Assembly (NCBI GenBank): GCA_964573235.1
Contig: CAZNIV010000001.1
Span: forward strand, 3,709-67,708
Length of the DNA: 64,000 nt
Direction of reading: 5' to 3'
DNA from: an uncultured Gammaproteobacteria bacterium
GTDB lineage: Bacteria > Patescibacteriota > Patescibacteriia > 2-01-FULL-39-33
How positions within the stretch are numbered: the first letter of the stretch is position 1; the number at the start of each line of letters is the position of its first letter. Positions 19,569-28,692 of the stretch are shown one piece after another. Below the pieces are notes generated by a model, which saw nothing but the letters and a program-made list of their open reading frames with translations, was not told where the DNA came from and did no database searches. A program made the translations under genes and the position numbers.

Positions 19569-21152
19569 TTAAATCAAACTCGTGCCCGTCATTTCTTTTG
19601 GCTGAGGCAAATTCATTACCTTTAAAATGGTTGGCGCCACATCAGATAAAATACCCGATGGCTGAACCAAACTCAAATCGGAACTTGGAGCATCCATGCC
19701 ACCCATCGTCTTGCCTTCCCACTCTTTGCCCACCACTACAAACGGCACCGGATAACTGCTATGTTCTTTATCTATTTCACCAGATTGCAAGTTAATTAAC
19801 TCTTCAGCATTGCCATGATCGGCGGTTAAAAACAAAATGCCATTTTTGGCCAAAACTAGTTCGCTGATTTGCTTAACGCAACCATCTACCACTTCGCACG
19901 CCTTAATGGTCGCTTTTAAATCCCCAGTATGCGCCACCATATCCAAATTAGCAAAATTAATCACGATAAAATCATATTTATCAGCCATAATGGCTTCACA
20001 AGTTTTTTTAGCAATTTCTTTTACTGACATTTCTGGCTTTTCAGCGTAAGAACTTACACGAGGTGACGGCACCAAAATCCTATCTTCACCTTTGAACTCT
20101 TCTTCTAAGCCACCATTAAAAAAGAAAGTGACATGGGCATATTTTTCTGTTTCGGCAATATGTAGTTGTGTTAAACCGGCGTCAGATATTACCTTAGCCA
20201 ATGGATCATGAATCAAATCTTGTTTAAAAGCCACCTCCACTGGCAAGTCTTTTTCATATTCCGTCATCGCCACAAAATACAAATCCTTCAAATATTCGCG
20301 CGGAAATTTTTCAAAACCAGGCAACACAAAAGCCTTAGTAATTTCACGAGCACGATCAGAACGATAATTAAAGAAAATTATGGAGTCGCCAGATTTAACT
20401 TGCGCCACCGGCTTGCCTTTTTTAGTAATGACTACCGGTATAAATTCTTCATCATAAACTTTTTTATCATAAGAAGCCTGAACCGCTTCGGTGGCGTCAT
20501 CAAAATAGTTGGTGGCCTTGCCTTGAGTCATAGCATCATAAGTTAAAGCAATACGCTCCCAATGATTATCGCGATCCATGGCATAAAAACGGCCAGACAA
20601 AGTGGCAATTTGCCCAATCTTATCTTTTTCTATTTTATGCTTAATTTTATTGATCATATCGATGCCAGAATTATACGGCATATCGCGACCATCCAAAAAA
20701 GCATGAATATAAACTCGATTAAATTTTTGCTTTTCACATAAATCTAATAAAGCAAATAAATGATTAAGCGAGCTATGCACCCCACCGGAAGAAGTTAAGC
20801 CCATAATATGCAAATCTCCTTTAGTTTTTTTAGCATGAGTAATAGCCACGACAAATTTTTCATTAACAAAAAAATCGCCACCAGAAATGGCGTGATCAAT
20901 TAATGGTAAATTCTGATAAAGCAACTTTCCTGATCCTAAATTTAAATGACCAACCTCGGAATTACCAAACTCACCCCATGGCAAACCAACAGACTCACCC
21001 GAAGCCTGAAGGGTTAAAGCGGGATAGCTTTTTAATAAATTATTCAGAGCTGGAGTATTAGCCGAAGAAATGGCATTAGAACGTGATAGCGGAGCCACTC
21101 CCCAACCATCAAGAATCAATAATACTACTGGCTTTAATCTCTTATTGGTCAT
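19569..21152 (-). CDS. gpmI: 2,3-BPG-independent phosphoglycerate mutase, copy A
   Basis: ILDGWG, GNSEVGH, DGRD, GRFYAMDRD, AETEKYAHVTFFFNGG, ADHGNAE. Confidence 0.96.
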   Translation of the reverse strand: MTNKRLKPVVLLILDGWGVAPLSRSNAISSANTPALNNLLKSYPALTLQASGESVGLPWGEFGNSEVGHLNLGSGKLLYQNLPLIDHAISGGDFFVNEKFVVAITHAKKTKGDLHIMGLTSSGGVHSSLNHLFALLDLCEKQKFNRVYIHAFLDGRDMPYNSGIDMINKIKHKIEKDKIGQIATLSGRFYAMDRDNHWERIALTYDAMTQGKATNYFDDATEAVQASYDKKVYDEEFIPVVITKKGKPVAQVKSGDSIIFFNYRSDRAREITKAFVLPGFEKFPREYLKDLYFVAMTEYEKDLPVEVAFKQDLIHDPLAKVISDAGLTQLHIAETEKYAHVTFFFNGGLEEEFKGEDRILVPSPRVSSYAEKPEMSVKEIAKKTCEAIMADKYDFIVINFANLDMVAHTGDLKATIKACEVVDGCVKQISELVLAKNGILFLTADHGNAEELINLQSGEIDKEHSSYPVPFVVVGKEWEGKTMGGMDAPSSDLSLVQPSGILSDVAPTILKVMNLPQPKEMTGTSLI

Positions 21153-21154
21153 AA

Positions 21155-22714
21155 CTACAATAAACTATCTTTAGTCATTAATGGATCTTTTTTAACTCCC
21201 ATTAATTTTAATATCGTTGGCGCCACATTACCCAGGCAACCGCCAGTTTTTAACTGAGTTTTATGATTAAAATCACGACCCACTAAAATAAATGGCACTT
21301 GATTACCTGTGTGTTCCGTAATAATTTCACCGGTTTCTAAATTAAGCATGTACTCTAGATTACCATGATCAGCGGTAATAATCAATGCACCCTTAGCTTT
21401 AAGCACGGCTTGTAACACTTTTTTGACATACTTGTCAACTGCCTCTGCCGCCTTAATTCCAGCCTTAAAATTACCCGTATGCCCTACCATATCCGGACAA
21501 GCAAAATTAGCGGCAATAAAATCATACTTGCGAAGCGCGCCTAAAATTTTAGTCGTAATTTGAGCCGTAGACATCACTGGCTTCAAATCATAAGAATCAA
21601 CCATTGGCGATGGCACCATTACCCGATCCTCGCCATCAATTTTATCAGCATAACCACCATTAAAAAAGTAAGTCATATGAGCATACTTTTCACTCTCGGC
21701 AATATAAATTTGTTTTTTATCTTTTAACGCTAACGGCAAAGTTTCTCTTACATCCTCTGATGGATAAGCAGTATAGATAGTATCCAGATCAGGACCAAAA
21801 TCAGTCATGGCTACAAACAATAAATCTTGCAAAACTTTCTTACGCTTCGGCGCCCCTAAATTTTTACCCTCAAAATCTTTCTGCACAAAAAGCTTCGTTA
21901 ATTGGCGCGCGCGATCAGAACGCAAATTGAAATACACCAGCGCATCTTTATCACTAATACGGGGCAACATCTTATCACCATCATACATAATTACCGGCTC
22001 AATAAATTCATCAGTCACATTGGCATTATACGCTCTAGTAATACCTTCTTGCGGACTATTCCCTTTATGGCCAACCCCAAGAACCATCGCTTCGTAAGCC
22101 TTATTATTCCTATCCCAAGATTTTTTTCGATCCATAGCATAAAAACGACCAATTATAGTGGCAATTTTTTCTTTTGGGGTTAAAAATCTTTCTAAGGCCT
22201 CTACCGCCTTTAAAGCCGAGCGCGGTGGAGAATCACGACCATCAGTAAATAAGTGTAAATAAATATTACCCGTTGTAACGCGCCTAAAAACCATCAAAAG
22301 AGCCATTAAATGATCTGGACTACTGTGTGGACTTTGATCAGTAGACAATAAACCCATTAAATGAATGTTAGATTTATTATTTTCAACATGCTTAATCGCC
22401 GCCAAAAAAGCCGGGTTTTTAAAAAATTCACCCGTGCTAATTTGCTTAGAAATTTTTACCACATCCTGATCCACAATTCGGCCAGCGCCAAGATTAAGAT
22501 GACCCGCTTCAGAATTACCCACCTGCCCTAACGGCAAACCAACAGGCAAACCAGAAGCTTCCAAAGTAACCCATGGGTATTTACGATACAAACCATTGAT
22601 CGTTGGGGTTTTGGCCATGAAAATCGCATTAGACGCATCCGATTTCCCCAATCCCCAACCATCAAGAATTAGTAAAACAACTTTTTTATAAATTGGCGCT
22701 TTAGCTTTAGCCAT
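21155..22714 (-). CDS. gpmI: 2,3-BPG-independent phosphoglycerate mutase, copy B
   Basis: ILDGWG, GNSEAGH, DGRD, GRFYAMDR, AESEKYAH, DMVGHTG, ADHGN. Confidence 0.96.
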   Translation of the reverse strand: MAKAKAPIYKKVVLLILDGWGLGKSDASNAIFMAKTPTINGLYRKYPWVTLEASGLPVGLPLGQVGNSEAGHLNLGAGRIVDQDVVKISKQISTGEFFKNPAFLAAIKHVENNKSNIHLMGLLSTDQSPHSSPDHLMALLMVFRRVTTGNIYLHLFTDGRDSPPRSALKAVEALERFLTPKEKIATIIGRFYAMDRKKSWDRNNKAYEAMVLGVGHKGNSPQEGITRAYNANVTDEFIEPVIMYDGDKMLPRISDKDALVYFNLRSDRARQLTKLFVQKDFEGKNLGAPKRKKVLQDLLFVAMTDFGPDLDTIYTAYPSEDVRETLPLALKDKKQIYIAESEKYAHMTYFFNGGYADKIDGEDRVMVPSPMVDSYDLKPVMSTAQITTKILGALRKYDFIAANFACPDMVGHTGNFKAGIKAAEAVDKYVKKVLQAVLKAKGALIITADHGNLEYMLNLETGEIITEHTGNQVPFILVGRDFNHKTQLKTGGCLGNVAPTILKLMGVKKDPLMTKDSLL

Positions 22715-22720
22715 TTTTTA

Positions 22721-23977
22721 TTAAGCTAATTTTAATTCTTCAGCAATTTCCATCAAACGATTATATTTAGTCACCCTTTCAGCGCGACATAAAGAACCAG
22801 TCTTAATATATTCAGCGTTAGAAGCGACTGCTAAATCAGCGATAAAATCATCGACAGTTTCACCTGAACGATGAGAAACAGCGATACTATATTTATGTTT
22901 CTGTGCTAATTTCATACATTCAACAGTTTCGGAAACGGTACCAATTTGATTTAACTTAATCAAAATAGAATTAGCAATATGCTTTTTAATACCTTCAGCT
23001 AAAATTTTTGGATTGGTCACAAACAAATCATCACCAACCAAGCCAATTTTATCGCCCAAAACTTTAGTCAACATAGCCCAACCAGTCCAATCACTTTCAC
23101 CTAAACCATCTTCCAAAGTTTCAATTGGATATTTTTCAGTCCAACCCTTATACATTTCTACCATTTCAGCCGAAGTGCGCTGTTTGCCATCCGCCTTCAT
23201 GTCATAAATATCATTTTCATGAAATTCGGAAGCGGCCGCATCAATAGAAATACGCACATCAGAACCAAATTTATAACCAGCAGTTTCTACGGCTTTAGCA
23301 ATAGTTTGCAAGGCCATTTCATTACCCGCTAATTTAGGTGCATAACCACCCTCGTCACCAACAGTAATTGGAAAACCATCCGCTTTTAAAATCTTTTTTA
23401 AGGTATGAAAAATCTCCGCGCCACAACGAACCGCTTCGTGAATATTTGTTTGTTGCGGAGTAACCATAAATTCCTGAATATCAATAGACCAACCGGCATG
23501 AGCGCCACCATTCATAATATTCATCATTGGCTTAGGAAACTTCCAACCATCCAATTTCTTCCAATATTTTTCTCTCAAATAAGCGTATAATGGCTTTTTA
23601 CTAGCAATCGCTGCGGCACGACAAACGGCCAAAGACACACCCAACATCGCATTGGCTCCAAGATTGCCCTTATTATCCGTGTTATCCAACTCAATCATTA
23701 AGGCATCAATCTCTTTTTGCTTTTTAGGATTCATTCCAATTAAGCGTGGAGCGATAATATTATTAACATTAGAAACTGCTTTTAAAACACCCAAACCATT
23801 GTAACGCGCTTTATCACCGTCACGCAATTCTAATGCTTCACGGCTACCAGTAGAGGCTCCCGAAGGCACACCAGCCCAAGCTTTGATTTTATTAGACAAA
23901 ACTACTTCTACTTCTACCGTTGGGTTGCCACGAGAATCTAAAATTTCTCTGGCAGTAATCTTTGCAATGGTTGCCAT
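22721..23977 (-). CDS. eno: Enolase
   Basis: REILDSRGNPTVEV, VPSGASTG, GDEGG, SHRSGET, IKTGS. Confidence 0.98.
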   Translation of the reverse strand: MATIAKITAREILDSRGNPTVEVEVVLSNKIKAWAGVPSGASTGSREALELRDGDKARYNGLGVLKAVSNVNNIIAPRLIGMNPKKQKEIDALMIELDNTDNKGNLGANAMLGVSLAVCRAAAIASKKPLYAYLREKYWKKLDGWKFPKPMMNIMNGGAHAGWSIDIQEFMVTPQQTNIHEAVRCGAEIFHTLKKILKADGFPITVGDEGGYAPKLAGNEMALQTIAKAVETAGYKFGSDVRISIDAAASEFHENDIYDMKADGKQRTSAEMVEMYKGWTEKYPIETLEDGLGESDWTGWAMLTKVLGDKIGLVGDDLFVTNPKILAEGIKKHIANSILIKLNQIGTVSETVECMKLAQKHKYSIAVSHRSGETVDDFIADLAVASNAEYIKTGSLCRAERVTKYNRLMEIAEELKLA

Positions 23978-23991
23978 ACTTTATATTTTAT

Positions 23992-24798
23992 TTATTTTAT
24001 TTCATAAGTAACTGAAACCTCAACTGTAATATCCTGAGTTCCAGACTCAATCACGGCCGTTGGCGCAACTGCCTTATCTACACTGCCCGCCATCATGTCC
24101 GAGCGATAATAATTAATTGGACTTGGTACATAACCACTACCCTCAGTAAAGCTAACTACAGAGCCCAATTTAACGCCAAGCTGTTTAGCTAATTCATTAG
24201 CCTTGTCTTTAGCTTGCTTGATTGCCAAATTTCTCGCTTGCACTTTTAACTCAGTTGGATCATCAATGGTAAATTGTGGACCATTAACGCTATTAGCACC
24301 CAAAGATCCAGCATTGGTTAAAATATCACCGATATTATCAAAATTTCTTACCTTTACTTCAACATTTTGACTAACTGTATAGCCAATAATTTTAGATTGA
24401 TTATTAGACCAATCATACCTTGGCTGAATAGAATAATTATCAGTCTTAATATCTTTAGCCTCAACTTTAAATTGAGATTTAACTGTGTCCATAATCTTAT
24501 TCATCTTGGTATTATTGTCTTTTTGCGCCTCAGTTACCGTAGATTTTTCAGAAATCACACCAATATTAATAACCGCTACGTCTGGAGTAGCTGAAACCTT
24601 GCCTGTACCATTAAACGCGATTTGATTTTTATAATCTGGAGTTTTACCAATGAAATCATAAGATTTAAAAGAATTACGAGCTAATCCTAATAAATAAAAC
24701 CCTAGGACCACCAAAACTAAAATTGCAAAAGCCCCGGCAACTTTATGACCAATAGCACAGCCACAAACGCCATTAGAACAACATTTTTCCTCGTTCAT
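23992..24798 (-). CDS. SIMPL (DUF541) domain protein
   Basis: TM followed by GTGKVSATPDVA..., AIKQAKDKA..LA, and terminal VSVTYEI. Confidence 0.88.
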   Translation of the reverse strand: MNEEKCCSNGVCGCAIGHKVAGAFAILVLVVLGFYLLGLARNSFKSYDFIGKTPDYKNQIAFNGTGKVSATPDVAVINIGVISEKSTVTEAQKDNNTKMNKIMDTVKSQFKVEAKDIKTDNYSIQPRYDWSNNQSKIIGYTVSQNVEVKVRNFDNIGDILTNAGSLGANSVNGPQFTIDDPTELKVQARNLAIKQAKDKANELAKQLGVKLGSVVSFTEGSGYVPSPINYYRSDMMAGSVDKAVAPTAVIESGTQDITVEVSVTYEIK

Positions 24799-24813
24799 AT
24801 TTTTTAGTTATTA

Positions 24814-25992
24814 CTAAAACTTAATTAATTTAGATAAACCCGGTAATTCTTTACCTTCTAAAAACTCTAACATCGCTCCGCCACCAGTAGAAATAAAATT
24901 GAATTTCTTTTCTAACCCCATTTTGCGAATCATTTGCACTGTTTCACCACCACCAACAATCTTCTCCCCCTTGGCTTTGGCTAACAATTTAATAATTGCC
25001 TCGGTGCCTTTTGTAAAAGTTGGATTTTCAATCAATCCCATCGGGCCATTCCAAACAATCATCTTAGCTTGTTTAATGATACTAGCATAAAGCTGGATAG
25101 TATCCGGACCAATATCTAGAATTATTTCATTTTCTTTTACTTTTGCCAAGGCACCCAATCGCCCATGACTACTTTTAAAACTTTTAGCCATTAAACCATC
25201 AACTGGCACCACTAATTTATTTTCCGTTAGCTCAATGTTTTTAATTTCTTCTTCCATGTCTTTTTCTACTAGCGACTTACCTACCGAAACGCCCTTAATC
25301 AACAAAACGGTATTGGCCAAAGCGCCACCAAGCAAAATTTTGCTCGCCACCTTTAAAAAATTCTTAATTACCTTAATTTTAGTGGAAATTTTTGCCCCAC
25401 CAATAATCGCCACCATCGGCTTTTTGGGTTTATATAATGCCTTAGATAAATTAACCACCTCTGATTCTAACAATAAACCGGCATAACTAGGCAAAAATTC
25501 CTGAATCGTAGAAACCGAAGCTTGGGCGCGATGATCAACCGCAAAAGCGTCATTAACATAAATATCAGCCAAACTAGCTAATTGTTTCGCAAACTCCTGA
25601 TCAGCTTGCTCTTCACGCGCATCAAAACGAATATTTTCTAACATCAAAATATCACCATTTTTCATTTTAGCGATCAATCTATTGGTTTCTTCTCCAATAA
25701 TTACTGAACTCTTTTTAACTTTTTTCTTTAATAAATTGGATAATCTTTTAACCACCGGTGTTAAGCGCAAATCTTCTACTACTTTACTATCTGGTCGCCC
25801 CAAGTGGGCCATCAATATTAATTTTGCCCCTTTTTTAGCCAAAAATTTAAGTGTCGGCAAGGTTTTTACAATGCGATAATCTTCACTTTTGCCCACCTTT
25901 CCGTCTTTAGTTAGTGGCACATTAAAATCCACGCGAATCAATACGCGCTTCCCTTTCCAATTTTTAACTTGTTTTATAGACTTTATTTTCAT
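24814..25992 (-). CDS. pgk: Phosphoglycerate kinase
   Basis: RVDFNVP, HLGRP, LENIRF, GGAKISTK, WNGPMG, STGGGAMLEFLEG. I moved the start to MKIKS because the upstream ATG overlaps a TGATAAAAT promoter motif. Confidence 0.96.
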   Translation of the reverse strand: MKIKSIKQVKNWKGKRVLIRVDFNVPLTKDGKVGKSEDYRIVKTLPTLKFLAKKGAKLILMAHLGRPDSKVVEDLRLTPVVKRLSNLLKKKVKKSSVIIGEETNRLIAKMKNGDILMLENIRFDAREEQADQEFAKQLASLADIYVNDAFAVDHRAQASVSTIQEFLPSYAGLLLESEVVNLSKALYKPKKPMVAIIGGAKISTKIKVIKNFLKVASKILLGGALANTVLLIKGVSVGKSLVEKDMEEEIKNIELTENKLVVPVDGLMAKSFKSSHGRLGALAKVKENEIILDIGPDTIQLYASIIKQAKMIVWNGPMGLIENPTFTKGTEAIIKLLAKAKGEKIVGGGETVQMIRKMGLEKKFNFISTGGGAMLEFLEGKELPGLSKLIKF

Positions 25993-26035
25993 AGCGTTTA
26001 ACATTTTATCATAAATTTAACCAAAAACGAAAGGG

Positions 26036-26293
26036 TTACTTATCCCCCTCAATCTCTCTTAAAATCCAACTATGCCCTGTAATCTTATTAATTTTTAACA
26101 CTATCCCCTCAGCTAAAGTACCTTTAGATAACATATCCACATTAAATTTAACATTTTCTGGTAACACTTCTTCGCCATGTTCTACGATGGAACCCAAATC
26201 TACTGTCGCCGATTTAACGTTATTTAAACTATTTTTTTCAGCATGCTCTAAAATAGTTTTAAAAATAATATCTGCTAAGTGAAAATCGTGCAT
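26036..26293 (-). CDS. hypA: Minimal HypA-like nickel chaperone (85 aa, no zinc finger)
   Basis: Starts MHDFHLAD (canonical MHE); VxLG, KGTLAEG and C-terminal LREIEG match the HypA Ni domain; no Cys; directly after the large subunit. Confidence 0.75.
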   Translation of the reverse strand: MHDFHLADIIFKTILEHAEKNSLNNVKSATVDLGSIVEHGEEVLPENVKFNVDMLSKGTLAEGIVLKINKITGHSWILREIEGDK

Positions 26294-26304
26294 AATAATT
26301 TTAA

Positions 26305-27591
26305 TTAATGAGTAGCACAAGAAATGCAAGGATCATAAGCACGAATCAAAGCGCGGATTTTTAGTGATCGTTTTTTGGCATCCATCTTAATCACATCTGG
26401 TAAATAAGTTTTAATATCTTCTTCTAGATTACGCAGAAAAGAACAAGTTGGTGTAATGATATCACAATTAGTGATAAAACCATTAGCGTCAATTTCATAA
26501 TGATGATACAAGGTGCCTCGAGGAGCTTCTACTGCCGCCGCCCCAATACATAATTTACCAAGTGGATTAGCCCCGGCCACGATACCCAGTTCTGCTAACC
26601 GACTAGCTTCGGGCTTAATTTCTGCCACCAAGTGTGTTAATAATTTACCCACCTCTTCTACGGCATGCAAAACCTCAATTGCTTGCGCGGTAATATTACA
26701 GAAACTATTGTATTGTGGTAATTCCCAATTTAAACTTTTTAAAACTCCTGCCGCCAAAGGATTTAGTTTTTGATGATTCAAATTTATTCTAGCTAACGCG
26801 CCAACCATAAACGGTTCGCCCTTTAGTGTAGCTGATTTAGCATGACGATACGGTTCTTCAATTTCTTTAATATTCTTAGCAAAGTTAACCGCTGGCACTT
26901 TTTTAAAACCACCCAAATTCAAATCACCATCATAAATAGCATAATTATGATCGGCCGATAACGCCACATGTTTAGTGGTACGAGAAAATTTAGGGTATTT
27001 AATTTTTAACACTAAGTGAATTAAGGATAAGGAGTCTTTCAATACCGCTTGATATTGACCCAAAAGCACTTGCAATTCCTCTTTATTTGGTGTCACCTTA
27101 AATCCACCCACTTCGGAATTAATCGGATGAATAGCGCGACCACCAATCACTTCAATAATCTTTAGCGCCCAATCACGAACGCGCATCGCACTTTGAGTTT
27201 CTTTAGGATATTGTTTAATTAATTGCAAATCATTTTCAATATCAAAAAAATCAGCTAACGATAAAAAAAATAAATGAAGCGCATGTGAGTGAATAATTTG
27301 CGCCATCGACATAGCCTGTCTGAGCTTAACCGTTTGTTCACTAACTTTAATATCTAAAGCATTTTCAATTGCCTTAATTGAGGTTAAATTATGCACCACC
27401 GGACAAATACCACAAATACGCGCCGTGACAATTGGCGCCTCTGTAAAATGACGACCAACCAAAATCCCCTCGATCAACCTCGTGCCCTCAGCCGTTAACA
27501 ACTTAGCCGATTTAACATCGCCATTCATAATCTCAGCCACAAAATCAGTGTGACCTTCCATTTTACCAATATGATTGATTTGGATTTTCAT
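26305..27591 (-). CDS. [NiFe]-hydrogenase large (alpha) subunit, group 3b-like
   Basis: KMEGH, L1 motif RICGICPVVH, SHALH, EAPRGTLYH, L2 motif YDPCISCATH followed immediately by stop. Confidence 0.93.
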   Translation of the reverse strand: MKIQINHIGKMEGHTDFVAEIMNGDVKSAKLLTAEGTRLIEGILVGRHFTEAPIVTARICGICPVVHNLTSIKAIENALDIKVSEQTVKLRQAMSMAQIIHSHALHLFFLSLADFFDIENDLQLIKQYPKETQSAMRVRDWALKIIEVIGGRAIHPINSEVGGFKVTPNKEELQVLLGQYQAVLKDSLSLIHLVLKIKYPKFSRTTKHVALSADHNYAIYDGDLNLGGFKKVPAVNFAKNIKEIEEPYRHAKSATLKGEPFMVGALARINLNHQKLNPLAAGVLKSLNWELPQYNSFCNITAQAIEVLHAVEEVGKLLTHLVAEIKPEASRLAELGIVAGANPLGKLCIGAAAVEAPRGTLYHHYEIDANGFITNCDIITPTCSFLRNLEEDIKTYLPDVIKMDAKKRSLKIRALIRAYDPCISCATH

Positions 27592-27594
27592 ATC

Positions 27595-27849
27595 TTAAAT
27601 AAAAATTTTAATAACTAAAAGTCCAACCACTATTCCCAACACATTAAACAACATATCCAAACTACTTTCTTTTAAATCATTAGTACGCATAAACTGATCA
27701 CTAATTTCTTTAGTCAAACCAACCGCCAAAGAAAATAAAACCGCCGCCAAATAACTACCAGAAATCGCATAAACCGTACTTGACATCATTGAAGAAATTA
27801 AAAAATGCGCTACCTTGTCATAATTATTTGTCAGCCTTAGGTAAAACAT
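27595..27849 (-). CDS. Small membrane protein, VanZ-like
   Basis: DKVAHF...KEISDQ...DMLFNVLG pattern with about 3 TMs; sits between the small and large subunit genes. Confidence 0.6.
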   Translation of the reverse strand: MFYLRLTNNYDKVAHFLISSMMSSTVYAISGSYLAAVLFSLAVGLTKEISDQFMRTNDLKESSLDMLFNVLGIVVGLLVIKIFI

Positions 27850-28654
27850 TTATTTTCTTTTTAATCACTTTTTTAGTTGCCTTCTGTTCTTTAGACCATT
27901 CTTGCATGATTGTATCTTTAGCGCCAAATACTTCCATTACGCGATCAACTTGTTTTTTTGTAAATTTAGACAATAAATAAGCCATCAAATTACTCACTTG
28001 CGCGCCCTCAAATAACCCGCGACAACCCCAACAAGCCTGTTTACTCTTCAAGCACACTGCTTCACAGCCACCCAAGGTTATTGGCCCTAAGCAAATTTGA
28101 CCTTTTTGCAATAAACACTCATAACCTAATTTTTGACATTCGTAACATACCGGATTTTGCGAAATTCTTGGTTTACGCCCAGCCAATAACTGATAACCAA
28201 TTTCCATAAACTCTTTACCGGTAATTGGGCAGCCAGGAATAGTCAAATCTACTTTCACAAAATTATCCACTTCTTTGATATCTGGATTAGGCACCTTAAT
28301 ATCATGATAAACTTGTTTAATCGTCTTTTTCTTATCGCCATAGTTTTTCATCTCCCAAACACCGCCTAGCGCCGCGCAATTGCCCAGCACTACCAAAAAA
28401 TCAGATTGCTGACGTAATAATTTTAATAGTTTAATATTTTCTTCTGTCACCGGATTACCTTCCACAAAACAAATATCAAACCGACGCGCCGTCATTGGCT
28501 CATCTTCAATTAATCTAAATTCTTCCACCTCAAAATTTTTCAACCAACTTAAAAATCTTGGACCTTCATCCAACATAGCAAATTGGCACCCTTCACAAGA
28601 GGTTAAGCCCACAATAGCAATTTTTAATTTTGTAGTTTTATTTTTTGCCTTCAT
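27824..28654 (-). CDS. [NiFe]-hydrogenase small (delta) subunit, group 3b-like
   Basis: SCEGC, VEG, GNCA..GG, PGCP, VCYEC, CLGPIT.GGC.AVC, CWGCRG; no Tat signal. Confidence 0.93.
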   Translation of the reverse strand: MKAKNKTTKLKIAIVGLTSCEGCQFAMLDEGPRFLSWLKNFEVEEFRLIEDEPMTARRFDICFVEGNPVTEENIKLLKLLRQQSDFLVVLGNCAALGGVWEMKNYGDKKKTIKQVYHDIKVPNPDIKEVDNFVKVDLTIPGCPITGKEFMEIGYQLLAGRKPRISQNPVCYECQKLGYECLLQKGQICLGPITLGGCEAVCLKSKQACWGCRGLFEGAQVSNLMAYLLSKFTKKQVDRVMEVFGAKDTIMQEWSKEQKATKKVIKKKINVLPKADK

Positions 28655-28663
28655 ACTATATAT

Positions 28664-28672
28664 ATTTTAGCA
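28664..28672 (-). promoter_or_regulatory. Extended -10 element before the small subunit gene
   Basis: TGCTAAAAT ending 9 nt upstream of the ATG at 28654; no SD. Confidence 0.5.
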
Positions 28673-28692
28673 AATTTTTACACTTTAGGCGA

